The notes under the pieces are model-generated. The model was not told the DNA's origin, made no database searches, and saw nothing but the letters and a program-made list of their open reading frames with translations. The position numbers and the translations under genes were made by a program. Source: Flectonema sp. DT1601 (Eukaryota). Taken from it: a stretch of DNA of 64,000 nt. Positions 20,897-30,880 of this stretch are shown piece by piece. Numbering within the stretch: position 1 is the first letter of the stretch; every line of letters starts with the position of its first letter. The DNA is taken from positions 124,001 to 188,000 of the forward strand of contig OZ025804.1 of NCBI GenBank assembly GCA_964019425.1, given 5' to 3'.

Positions 20897-23800
20897 TTAT
20901 GGATTTCCAGGTCTTCCGAGCATTTCAGCTATTTGGTCCAGTACCACTACAAAGTTGGACATGCTGCGTTGATTCTCCTTTAAGAAGCAGTCCTCTACTT
21001 TACTCACTACTTCACCAGTTTCGGTATTAATCATGCTGTGTATGTACAATGATCTCATCTTTTGGATACACCAGTGGTTGCACTTGAAAAGCACATGATG
21101 CGGTGTTGCAGTATCTCCATGACAGAAGATGCACTGTTCGTTTATTCCTTTTAGTTTAAGAGATCTACAGTGTCCAACTCTGAAGCGGGACATTAGGACT
21201 TCTTGTGGTCTCGTCAGTTCTTCTATAAAAGGTGGATGCCTCTGTTCGCCGGCTCCAATCCACTCCTCTCGTTTTCTTCTCTTGTGAAAAGTCATAAGGG
21301 TTCCCATATCCAGTCTAGTAACTAAACTCTCGAGTACCACACTGTCATCTGGAGGTTTCTTTATCGTACCTGCAGCGTGTTTTGCCACCTTGTCTGCTAT
21401 TTCATTATACAGCACATCCATATGTGCCGGGACATACTGCATGTTAATATTAACACCTCTGTGTTCCAGTTTCAGTGCTAACTTCCAGATTGATGCATTT
21501 GTAGCAGATTTCTGTTCTTCAGGTCCTCGCTCAAGTGCCTGTATTAGCGACATTGAGTCAGTTAGAATATGCGTCTTTGTTGTGGGAAGTATTCCTTCGG
21601 ATGCCTTTTTGTTTTTCAGGAGTATTCTCATCGCTTGTTCCACGGCTATCTGTTCAGTTCTGTAGGAGCTTCCTGCTACAGGTATTCTGAATCCGGTCAT
21701 GCTAACTTCCTTACCCTTCACTATTATCACAGATGCTCCTGACTTGGTCATGTACGTCTTCGTCCTATGTCTAATAGACCCATCTGTGTACACCTTCACG
21801 TCTTCAATTGGTAGACCGGCTTCTTTGTCTTTTGCCTCTTCTTTTCCAAAACAGTAATTGAATTCCATTGCATTAGTTACCTTCCATGATCGCATCTTAT
21901 AGTGCTTTGGATTGATTTCCGAGTGATACGAGCTTCTGTGTTTGTCGAGTCCCGGGATCCCCGACACATATTCATCCCAAACTATGCGACCCCAAGCTGT
22001 TTTTGGTGGGTAGTTTAGGCCTCCCTCCGTCATTGTGAGGCTACAAGCTGGTAGGTGGGGACTTAATTTGAATTCTTCATAGGCCCTACACATCTTGTAG
22101 CGTATGTGTTCTTGTAATTTCGGCATATCTGCTTCATGGTACAAGTTCCTCAGTCTGGTGCTTGGCAGACATCCCGTTACCTGTCTAGCGGCTCTGTTTA
22201 TTAAGATGTTTAGCCTCTCAAGACTGACGTCACCTCTCTTTGGCAGCAGCCAGGCAAAACTTTCAACCCCATAGAGCACTCTCGCCATTACAACAGTCAC
22301 CAGCACACAGATGAGGGTTCTCTTCCTGCATCCCATCCTGGAGAGTCTTAGCAGGAGCCCCAGTCCTCTGGAGGCTGCCGTCATCATCTTTCGCATGTGA
22401 GTTTTGAAGTCGAGGTTTTTGTCGTACAGAACTCCCAAGTATCTTACTACATCCGTTTCATGTAGTTTGTCCACCACCGAAAATGCAAAAGCCTTGAGAC
22501 CAGATCCAGTTCCTTGTAGCATCCTCAGGATGTCTCCTCTGGTGCGAACCTTTTGCAGTTGTGAGCATTTACTAGGTTCCATCTGCATGCCTACCAATAC
22601 AGTTTCTGTCGTCGGTAATTTTCGTTTTATTTTATGCTGCGGAACCACATAGAAATGTGTTATCGCCTTTTTAGAATTGCCTATAGTAGTTGAGTCCTGA
22701 TTATTTAGCATTTTTCGGATGGCCTCTGCTGTTGTGACGACATATTTGAAGGTGTGCCCCTCCGGGTATAGCACTTGTGGAGACTTATTTTCTTGGCTAT
22801 CGGTATCCGGCCTCACATGTATGAACTCTGTTTTACCCGGGCTCTTGTTTATACAAATGTGGGATGCTGCGGCCCAATTTGAGAAGATGCGTACTGCTGT
22901 GTTAGCTTTGTCCTCCAGTCCTTTAACATCTGGAGATGTCATCACGAGCCCAACATCATCTGCAAAGACTGCTGGTTTATACCTATTCAATTCTCGTATA
23001 AGGCTTTCGATGTATATCGAGAATAGCTGTGGTCCTAGGATACTTCCTTGGGGTACTCCAACTTGTATGTGTTTGAATGTTCCCTTTTCGCCGTTTACTC
23101 TGGTTGTGATCTTTCTCCCAGTCAAATAGCTCTGGACCCATCTTGTGTATTTCGCCGGTATCCCAACTTCAGACATCCTCTTCAGTAGAATTTTCGGTTG
23201 GACGGCATCGAATGCCTTCTGCAGGTCAAACGTCATTAACATCGATTCCCTACCTCGGTACCTTCCATCTAGTAGTCTCTCTGTTATCATGCAGAGATTT
23301 TCTACGGCACTGCGCCCTCTTTTATATGCGGCTTGCCGCGCACTCATTCTGTCTCCAAGTAAATGATGCATCCTTTCTGCCATCATCTTCTCAAACAACT
23401 TGCTTATTGCTGACGTCAATGTTATTGGTCGGTAAGAGAGTACACGTTTCTTGTCTTTTCCCGATTTTAAGATTGGAACTACTATCCCATACTTCCAAGA
23501 TCTCGGAACCGCCGACTTTTCCCAAGTCATGTTGAACAGCCGTAAGAGTTGCACCATAAATGTTTCTGGGAGTTTCTTTAACATAGTGTTCCACACCCCA
23601 TCCGGCCCGGGTGCTTTCTTGTCTTTTAATTTCTTGAGCTGTCGCTTTAGTTCTCTCATTGTGAATTCTTCATTGCCTTCGTCCCCTGGTTTGTTCTCAA
23701 ATACCAAGGAGGGCACTTCGTCGTCTACCAGATTGAATTGTGTCGCGTATGCCGTGGTAAATATGTCTGCCATTTCTTTTGGATCAGTTGTTGTACTGCC

Positions 23801-24862
23801 TTCATGTTCTAATTCGCTAATGTTATTATCAACAATGCCCCCTTCAAGTTGCTTTACTTTTCTGAAAGCCCATTGGTAGTCCATCCCAGTCATGTCACAT
23901 TCGATGATGTTTCTTTTAATTTTTCTGATGCCTTCCGCAATGGCATCCTTGTCAACTTTGTCCTGGTTGGGTTCATCAAGCAGTCTTTCTATTTCTGGAT
24001 CCCTCACTGAGAAGGTGGTTTGCGTCCTTTTCTTATAGCCCGGTATGGTTTGTTTCGCAGCCTTCAGAATTTCTACAGAGATCCTTGTTGCAAGTTTTTG
24101 CACTGTTTCAATATTCTTTAACTTCGTTGCCGCCGTCGTTAAAACCTCCGAGTATGCATGCCACTTTGCACACTTCCATTTCCATTGCCACATCTCGTTC
24201 GATTGTGGTTTGGTTTTCGTCAAGTGTATGTTTTCAATCTTTACACTTATTGGAAGATGGTCGCTACTCCATCCATTTAGCAGTCCTATGTTTGCCATCA
24301 TTGAATTATCCAGAGCAATAATATCTGGGGAGGATGAGCTCAATGGTCTCGTTATCTGCTGGGGCTCGTTTAATACTTCCATGGCAGCTTCTAATGACCA
24401 ATTATAGAAGCTTGTTCCTGCTGAATTCGTCTTTCCTTTTGACCAGATCTCATGATGTCCGTTGATATCGCCTGCTACCAGTGTTCCTGGCTCTGTTGGT
24501 AACTTCCATGTGTTTGCCGTTACGTTAGGCGGGTGATATACATTGTGTATTTTTAATGGCGGTGTTGATCGCAATTCTACAGATAGTATCTCAGTTTGGT
24601 CGTATGAGATGTCGGGGAGTTTAGTCACATAATTTGTAATATCCATTCTGACAAGTATGGCCAGACCTCGGTATCCTACCTTCAGAAGGCTGTCTCTTCG
24701 AATTATAATATAACCATCTATATTCAGAAGTTTTCCGTAATTGAGCCATGTTTCTTGTAGTAGAACAATTTCTGGCTTGTGCTCTCTTAACGATCGATTT
24801 AATTGGAAGAAGTTTTCATTTTGTAGTATCGATCTTATGTTATTAGACCAAATCTCAATCAT
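20897..24862 (-). CDS. ORF2 of A4 (APE-RT-RNase H-CCHC, 1321 aa), divergent subfamily
   Basis: All APE, RT and RNase H motifs present; colinear with but clearly diverged from A2 ORF2. Confidence 0.95.
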   Translation of the reverse strand: MIEIWSNNIRSILQNENFFQLNRSLREHKPEIVLLQETWLNYGKLLNIDGYIIIRRDSLLKVGYRGLAILVRMDITNYVTKLPDISYDQTEILSVELRSTPPLKIHNVYHPPNVTANTWKLPTEPGTLVAGDINGHHEIWSKGKTNSAGTSFYNWSLEAAMEVLNEPQQITRPLSSSSPDIIALDNSMMANIGLLNGWSSDHLPISVKIENIHLTKTKPQSNEMWQWKWKCAKWHAYSEVLTTAATKLKNIETVQKLATRISVEILKAAKQTIPGYKKRTQTTFSVRDPEIERLLDEPNQDKVDKDAIAEGIRKIKRNIIECDMTGMDYQWAFRKVKQLEGGIVDNNISELEHEGSTTTDPKEMADIFTTAYATQFNLVDDEVPSLVFENKPGDEGNEEFTMRELKRQLKKLKDKKAPGPDGVWNTMLKKLPETFMVQLLRLFNMTWEKSAVPRSWKYGIVVPILKSGKDKKRVLSYRPITLTSAISKLFEKMMAERMHHLLGDRMSARQAAYKRGRSAVENLCMITERLLDGRYRGRESMLMTFDLQKAFDAVQPKILLKRMSEVGIPAKYTRWVQSYLTGRKITTRVNGEKGTFKHIQVGVPQGSILGPQLFSIYIESLIRELNRYKPAVFADDVGLVMTSPDVKGLEDKANTAVRIFSNWAAASHICINKSPGKTEFIHVRPDTDSQENKSPQVLYPEGHTFKYVVTTAEAIRKMLNNQDSTTIGNSKKAITHFYVVPQHKIKRKLPTTETVLVGMQMEPSKCSQLQKVRTRGDILRMLQGTGSGLKAFAFSVVDKLHETDVVRYLGVLYDKNLDFKTHMRKMMTAASRGLGLLLRLSRMGCRKRTLICVLVTVVMARVLYGVESFAWLLPKRGDVSLERLNILINRAARQVTGCLPSTRLRNLYHEADMPKLQEHIRYKMCRAYEEFKLSPHLPACSLTMTEGGLNYPPKTAWGRIVWDEYVSGIPGLDKHRSSYHSEINPKHYKMRSWKVTNAMEFNYCFGKEEAKDKEAGLPIEDVKVYTDGSIRHRTKTYMTKSGASVIIVKGKEVSMTGFRIPVAGSSYRTEQIAVEQAMRILLKNKKASEGILPTTKTHILTDSMSLIQALERGPEEQKSATNASIWKLALKLEHRGVNINMQYVPAHMDVLYNEIADKVAKHAAGTIKKPPDDSVVLESLVTRLDMGTLMTFHKRRKREEWIGAGEQRHPPFIEELTRPQEVLMSRFRVGHCRSLKLKGINEQCIFCHGDTATPHHVLFKCNHWCIQKMRSLYIHSMINTETGEVVSKVEDCFLKENQRSMSNFVVVLDQIAEMLGRPGNP

Positions 24863-26543
24863 TTTGACAGTGGTTTTGGTTTGCTGTTACTTGGTGGGTA
24901 GTTCCGCTTAGCCCTACCTTGGCTTCTATCTTGTTGACGGCGGTTGCAATTTGAGATATTGCATTCAACATTAGTTGATAGTTTTTAACAATCATTTCTT
25001 CATTTTTCTTTGTCGCATTGGTCAGTCCTTCAATTATCTGCGTCATTTTTGACATCGTTTCATCCAATCTAGTTTGCAAGTCAGCTACCTCAGTTTGTAA
25101 TTTTGCTAGCGTCTCGTCAGTTCTTTCCTTCATAGTCTTGAGACCATCTTCTACTTTCTTCAGTTCTTGCGTTTTTCCCTGCGATGGGGGCAGTTTATTT
25201 TCTTGTTTTTTGGGCTGCTTGTTTCCTTGCAGTGTCTTTTTAGTTGCTTCCGCATAAGATATTTTCGCATCTCGATACTTTTGTACGGCTGGTTTTGGTT
25301 GTTTTTGGTCTTCTGGCAGCTCCATTTTCTCAATAGACATCAGGGTCTCACCACATTGTAAGAACTGGCTTTTCGGACTTTTATCGAGGGCGACCAAGAA
25401 GTCGCCTTTCTCCATGCGAATAAATTTAGAATTTAATCCCGCTTCCAAGAGCATTCCCTGGAGCCGGTTCGACCACCTGTACTGTGCACCACTGATACGG
25501 TACAGTCCAGCACCGTAGACTTGCGCAGCGAATTTTCCGGCACCCTTCCGTACTTTCTCTACGTTTGCAGAGGCACTCACCCTTATCCCTATCTTCCCAT
25601 AGTTGGTAGTCAGCCCCATGCACATGTCTTGTTGTGCCTTCAGGACTCCCATGGCTTCCTCATTCGAAGTTTTCCTGTCAAGCCATACTGTTTCATAGAC
25701 ATGCTTGGTCAGGCCCTCTATCGATTTTATCCTGAAGTAAACTTTGTTACTCCCTGAGTTGTGCATCAGTGCGATTGCTGCCTTTTCATCATTTGGTAGG
25801 ACTGTGACTTCACTAAAATCCCCCTTTCCAACTATCCGGAATGTCCTTGTGTCGACCCGTCCCTGATCACCCACCACTGCCTTGATTTTTGCAGTAAGCG
25901 ATGCTGGGTTTCTGATAGCATCTCCTCCTAGCTCCTTTGTTGTAGCCCACGCGATGAGTTCGTGAGTGATCGGTGGCTTTATGTTTGTTGCCACTATTAG
26001 TGTTGGGGTGTAGGTTGCTCCGGTAAAAGTCACAAACCACCATGATCTTATTCTTATTTGTCCATCAAATTGGACCGGCGTTTGTATCTGACTGCAGTCA
26101 GTTGCGTGTTTTAGGGCACGTTTTGGAGGTGGCCGTGTGAACACCATCGTCAGTTGCTTCGTTTTGCTGGCCTTTTCGAAGTATTGTTCGTCCAGGCTTC
26201 TTCCTTGTTGAGCCAATGAAAGTATAATTCCATTGGTTTTGCTGTTGAGGTCATCAGTTGGCTGGAGAATTTTGCAATTAAAATGCTCCTTGTTGAGTTT
26301 CGGTGGTGGTCCATTCAAGATCACCGTTGATCTTCTTTGTGCCTCTTTGATTTGAGGGCTTGATTGGGGTGCCTCATTTGACGGAGGGCTTTGTTTCGTT
26401 TTTAAAACACTTCCTTGTGCCTCTATGTTTTGAGGGCTTATTTGAATTGCCTCTTTGTTTTGAGGGCTTGTCTTTGTTTGAATTGCCTCCTTGTTTTGAG
26501 GGCTTGCTTGAAATGCTGCTGGAGGTCCTACTGCGGTCACCTC
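24855..26543 (-). pseudogene. 5'-truncated ORF1 of A4
   Basis: Begins at EVTAVGPP and lacks about 77 N-terminal aa of A2 ORF1; overlaps the ORF2 start by 8 nt (ATGATTGA). Confidence 0.82.
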
Positions 26544-26643
26544 AAAGACAAAACAAAGAAGTGAAAAGAACAAAAACAAAGAGTCTGGAAGCACAAACGA
26601 GTGTAACCAAAAGAAAAGAAAAATTCTTTTTTTAGCTTTTTTC

Positions 26644-29600
26644 TTTTTTTTTTTATTTATTTATTTATTTATTTAGTCACATCCCCCCTGTCTTTCCACT
26701 TTATTTTTCTTCATTCTGAGCATTCTTGCCCTTCTTATTTTTTGATAAAGTAAACAATTAAAAACAAGCGCAACTGTCCTGAGTCCGTTGGAGGACTTCC
26801 CCGGATAGGAATCTCAAGACACAGTTAATATAAAGCGAAGGATCAGTACAGGGACGGTGGCCAAAGACCACTGGGTTACCTACGAGCCATGAAGCTCTGC
26901 GGATGTCCTCAGAGAAATTAGGAGATGATTAAGGAGTGTGATAAGGAAGAATGATACTAATGAATTAGCAACTACCAATCAGTTAACAGTTTGATAAGCC
27001 TGTTCGTTGTTCCAAATGCCATAAGTAGCCGGCTAGGGCGTGAAGATTTCTCGTCGCAAACATTATTGAAAGATTTAGTTTGGTCTCGGAGATTCTCGCT
27101 TCCTGAATGTTTGATCTAATTGTTCCTTCTCTAATGCGGACCACGTCACCATCCTCGCAATCAAATATTAGATGTCGGGCAGAAGAGTCTGTTCTTTTGC
27201 AGAAGGGGCACTTTATCGGTAGTTCATTTACCCTGAGCAGGGGGTGAGAGCCCGTTCTGAACCTGGCTATCCTTATCTCTGATTCTCTCAGCATGTCCTT
27301 GGGGTATCGAGCCGCTCTCAGGCCTCCGGTAGCATCAAGATATTGCCTAAGCATCACCCGTTTGATCGGTGGTTTCGCCCTTGTTGAACCCTCCATAATC
27401 TTACCAAACAGCTTTCTGTTAGCTTCCCTCGCTATCCTTGACTTATGTGCGAAGAAGTCCATAGTCGTTGACACCGGCTTGCTCTTAACATCTTTTGAGA
27501 TCTTTTTCGCCAGTTCATCTGCCTTGTCATGCGGTTCAATTCCCACATGAGCTGGGATGAATTGGAGGTGAACGAATGAGTCTAATTTTCTTATCCCTTC
27601 TAGTATCGAGAGAGAGTTCAGCTTCCTCTGAGCCGCAATTCCACCACGCAGCTCATCCAGATTGGATTTAGAATCACTGAAGACTCTCGTGATTCCAGAT
27701 CTGGGACCCAAGACAGAGGTTGCTTTTTCAAATTCACTTATTAACAGCTTCAGAGTTACCTGTTCAGCTTTATAACTACTTTCCGTTGCAACAAGTCTCG
27801 ATGCCATGGTCCGTTCACACGGCGTGATCTGCACTGCCGCTGCGCCTGCCGTGTAGTTGACAGGGTCGTGGGATCCGTCAACAAAAATGGACGAGGTACA
27901 AGGCCTAAGTTCGCTGCAGTACTCCTCGAACTTAGCCTTGTCCACTTCAGCAACACAGGTCTTCGAATGTCCATATCCGCAAGATATCTCCAGGTTCGGA
28001 ACATCTATCCATGGCTCGATGCTGTCAGGCATGACAATCCCTTGGATCTCCATATTACGGTCCTCGGCCGGTAAAGTTGAACTCCAAGTTCCACTAGCGA
28101 TTCCCTTCGTAGAAGGAACCCAATCCAGTGACCGATACCTAAATAAGGCAATCCTGGCTTGCTTCTCAATCTGCAGTCTCATCGGGAGTATGTTCGCCTC
28201 CCACAGTAACGGAAGGGACCTTGTGTTGAAGCCGCAGCCGGTGATCTTTCTAGCTATCTCCCTCAGATTCAGGTCAATAGGTTTAAGCTGTTCATCTGTC
28301 AGGAAAGGTCCATAGCTCTCAAGCCCATACAGAATCCTTGAGAGGATGTACAAGTTCTTGATCATGTTCAGCGTTTTGAAATCAAAGTTGAATAGCTCCA
28401 ACTTTCGAAGCAGAACAAGTCCCTTCCTCGTCTCATCCAGTAGTTTATCCACTTGTGTACCATATGTAAGGTCATCGTCAATATGGACACCCAAGTACTT
28501 AACACTATCCACCATCGGCATGAGTACGGCAGTCAGCAACTTCACCCAGGTCGGATCCGGACCCACTGGCATCAGTTCAAGAAGTTCACTTGCCTTCGTA
28601 ACCTCCGTATCACCCAGCTTGAGGATCATCGCCCCATTTCCAAGTAATGGCCTACCTTCTTCATTTGACCGAATCATCCCAGCCAGTTCCTCCCTACTGA
28701 TCCGAAAGAAGTTCTCTCCTGACGTTCTGGGGAATCCCAGTCTCCAATACATATTCCTAGGACAGTCCACCGGCATCCCGCAGGTCTTCGAAACCGACAG
28801 TGCCATGTCATTATCTTTGCACCAACGATCCACTAACCCAAGGACTAATTGCGCCATCCGGTAAGTTACTTTAAAATCCTTATTCGAAACCACACAAGCT
28901 GTGTCGTCTGCGTAGAGTGCTGAAACACATCCGGTCTTCTCAAGTTTCTTAGCCAGGTCGTCGACATATATCAGATAAAGGAGAGGCCCAACAATCGACC
29001 CTTGCGGAACACCTTTCGTCACAGTTCTGTATGCGCTCAGATTGCCATTGACACTAACCTTTGCCTTCCTTCGCGTCAGAAAGTTAGCGACCCATCCGAT
29101 GAATGGTGAAGGAATCCCCATCGTCACCATTTTAGCAATCAGTTTAACATGATTTATCCTATCAAATGCCTCAGTGAAGTCGAAAGAGAGCAGTATCGAA
29201 CTCTTGCCACCTTTTCTCGCACCATGAAGCGCATTGACCAGCAGTGAGATTTGCTCGCAAGTATTCCTACCCCTTCTGAAACCTGCCTGAATGGAGGACA
29301 AGGCATTATTTGACGTCAACCAATACATTAGCCTGTCGTAAATTATCCGTTCAAGCATTTTACCGACTACAGATGTCAACGTGATCGGTCTGTAGCTGGA
29401 TAGCTTTTCTTTGGGTTTACCCGGTTTGTATACCGGTTTGATCATACCCTCTTTCCAGACCTTCGGAACTCTAGCTGAGAGCCAGGAGTCGTTGAACACC
29501 GCTAAGAGAAAACGTCTACCGGTTGCAGAAAGGTTCTTCAGCATCGCCCCGTGGATTCCATCAGGACCAGGAGCCTTACCAGTTTTAACCTTCTTGATGG

Positions 29601-30864
29601 CGCGCTCAAGCTCAGACATCACCAGAGGTCCACAAGCACCTACGTAATCACTTGGCTTCAGCTTCGAAGATTTCAGTTGTTTCCTGACAGAGGTCTTAAC
29701 GAACTGATCGAGAAATTTACTGGGGAGTTGGTCCTCACTGAATTCAGGGATTTGGACGTCCTGTCCCCCATCGGCATCCAAGTCCTTAATCTTCTTAAAG
29801 GCGAATGCAAAACCTTCACCTTGTGCAAGTTTCTCAGCAACGAATTTTCCCTTCGCTTGTTTGGTCTCAGGGGTTGAGGAATTCCACATTCTCCTCCTCT
29901 TACCCTGGATCCTGAGCCTTCTGCGGATGTTCTTCTTCGCCACATGAAGCAGGATACGGTTAAATGTTGCCGCTCTGATACCCACCTTCGGAGGACTGTT
30001 CACCTTGCTAAGTCGGTAATCCAAATCATGACGGAACGAGTACCAATCAGCTGTATTAAAGTCCCAGACTGATTTTTTCGATGCCTGGTTGTTAACTGTT
30101 TCCAGAGGTGAGAACGTATCAAAGACAGCAGCAAGAGGTAAGTGATCAGATCCATGTTCAGTGCCATCACCTATTAGCCCGAAGTGTAGTAGTAGTAACT
30201 CCTCGTGGTGTAGGATTGCATCCGGCGAAGTCCCGTGTCTCGGCAACGTCACAAATCCCGGATCGTTTGCAATTAGAAGGTTATTAGATCTGCACCACTC
30301 CAGAAGCTGGCAGCCCTTCGTATCCGTCTTCTTCGACCAGAGTTTATGATGGGCATTGAAGTCACCAGCAAATATAAACCTTTCATCACGCTTCAAAGGG
30401 AAGAGATCAAAATCTATCTTAGAACTTGGTGGCGAATACACGTTAAGAACATTTATCTCATCATTAATCCTGACACCCAATGTCTCAACAATTCCTCTAA
30501 CCGAAGGGATACAGACTTCATAGCAAGCATGCTGAAGGCCTCTCTTCACCATGGTGATTATACCGCCACCTCTACCCGGTCTATCTCTCCTGTACGTGAT
30601 GTAATTCCAGTGATATAGAGGCTTCCGAACTGAGGTTTCCTGCAGGCATAATACATCAGGGCTGTACTTTCCCAGGATATTTCCTATGAACTCCTCTCTT
30701 CCGTTGATCGTTCTGCAGTTCCAGCTGATAACTCGCAGCTCCGAAGTGGGTCCATCATGACGGCGTCTCGGTCCCGGATTCCTCTCTACGTCACCCGCCA
30801 GTAGCAGAAGACGCCTTCGCGTTTCCGCCCAATCCCGCCCGTCAAGTCACTTGCTCCCTACAAG
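26644..30864 (-). mobile_element. Non-LTR retrotransposon family B (Ingi/L1Tc-like, 2A-bearing), copy B1, truncated just upstream of ORF2
   Basis: (TAAA)n/A tail at 26644-26675, conserved 3' UTR, intact ORF2 with N-terminal 2A motif. Confidence 0.92.
26983..30846 (-). CDS. ORF2 of B1: 2A peptide, APE, RT, RNase H, CCHC; open frame starts right after TGA at 30847-30849, first ATG lies inside the APE domain
   Basis: Manual translation: *LDGRDWAETRRRLLLLAGDVERNPGP..VISWNCRTI..LCLQETS continues in frame into the 1189-aa ORF (GDFNAH, SDH, GVPQGS, YADD, YLG, VDGS, CPFC..H..C). Confidence 0.92.
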   Translation of the reverse strand, partial: LDGRDWAETRRRLLLLAGDVERNPGPRRRHDGPTSELRVISWNCRTINGREEFIGNILGKYSPDVLCLQETSVRKPLYHWNYITYRRDRPGRGGGIITMVKRGLQHACYEVCIPSVRGIVETLGVRINDEINVLNVYSPPSSKIDFDLFPLKRDERFIFAGDFNAHHKLWSKKTDTKGCQLLEWCRSNNLLIANDPGFVTLPRHGTSPDAILHHEELLLLHFGLIGDGTEHGSDHLPLAAVFDTFSPLETVNNQASKKSVWDFNTADWYSFRHDLDYRLSKVNSPPKVGIRAATFNRILLHVAKKNIRRRLRIQGKRRRMWNSSTPETKQAKGKFVAEKLAQGEGFAFAFKKIKDLDADGGQDVQIPEFSEDQLPSKFLDQFVKTSVRKQLKSSKLKPSDYVGACGPLVMSELERAIKKVKTGKAPGPDGIHGAMLKNLSATGRRFLLAVFNDSWLSARVPKVWKEGMIKPVYKPGKPKEKLSSYRPITLTSVVGKMLERIIYDRLMYWLTSNNALSSIQAGFRRGRNTCEQISLLVNALHGARKGGKSSILLSFDFTEAFDRINHVKLIAKMVTMGIPSPFIGWVANFLTRRKAKVSVNGNLSAYRTVTKGVPQGSIVGPLLYLIYVDDLAKKLEKTGCVSALYADDTACVVSNKDFKVTYRMAQLVLGLVDRWCKDNDMALSVSKTCGMPVDCPRNMYWRLGFPRTSGENFFRISREELAGMIRSNEEGRPLLGNGAMILKLGDTEVTKASELLELMPVGPDPTWVKLLTAVLMPMVDSVKYLGVHIDDDLTYGTQVDKLLDETRKGLVLLRKLELFNFDFKTLNMIKNLYILSRILYGLESYGPFLTDEQLKPIDLNLREIARKITGCGFNTRSLPLLWEANILPMRLQIEKQARIALFRYRSLDWVPSTKGIASGTWSSTLPAEDRNMEIQGIVMPDSIEPWIDVPNLEISCGYGHSKTCVAEVDKAKFEEYCSELRPCTSSIFVDGSHDPVNYTAGAAAVQITPCERTMASRLVATESSYKAEQVTLKLLISEFEKATSVLGPRSGITRVFSDSKSNLDELRGGIAAQRKLNSLSILEGIRKLDSFVHLQFIPAHVGIEPHDKADELAKKISKDVKSKPVSTTMDFFAHKSRIAREANRKLFGKIMEGSTRAKPPIKRVMLRQYLDATGGLRAARYPKDMLRESEIRIARFRTGSHPLLRVNELPIKCPFCKRTDSSARHLIFDCEDGDVVRIREGTIRSNIQEARISETKLNLSIMFATRNLHALAGYLWHLEQRTGLSNC

Positions 30865-30880
30865 AATAAATAAAACCCTA

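Larger units (their letters stand above)
20663..26543 (-). mobile_element. Family A divergent/chimeric copy A4, 5'-truncated within ORF1
   Basis: Poly(A) at 20663-20686; 3' terminal motif shared with A1-A3; similarity to A2 ends at 26543. Confidence 0.92.

Noticed and set aside
26544..26594. Hydrophobic N-terminus MLPDSLFLFFSLLCFVF of the 579-aa ORF
   Set aside because: Non-ATG start in a pyrimidine-rich flank fused to truncated ORF1; not element sequence.
30847..30849. Genome-wide reassignment of TGA to a sense codon
   Set aside because: TGA terminates other ORFs here (family A ORF1, LRR genes) and long ORFs use TGG for Trp with no internal TGA. Selenocysteine is not excluded, but I saw no clear SECIS.
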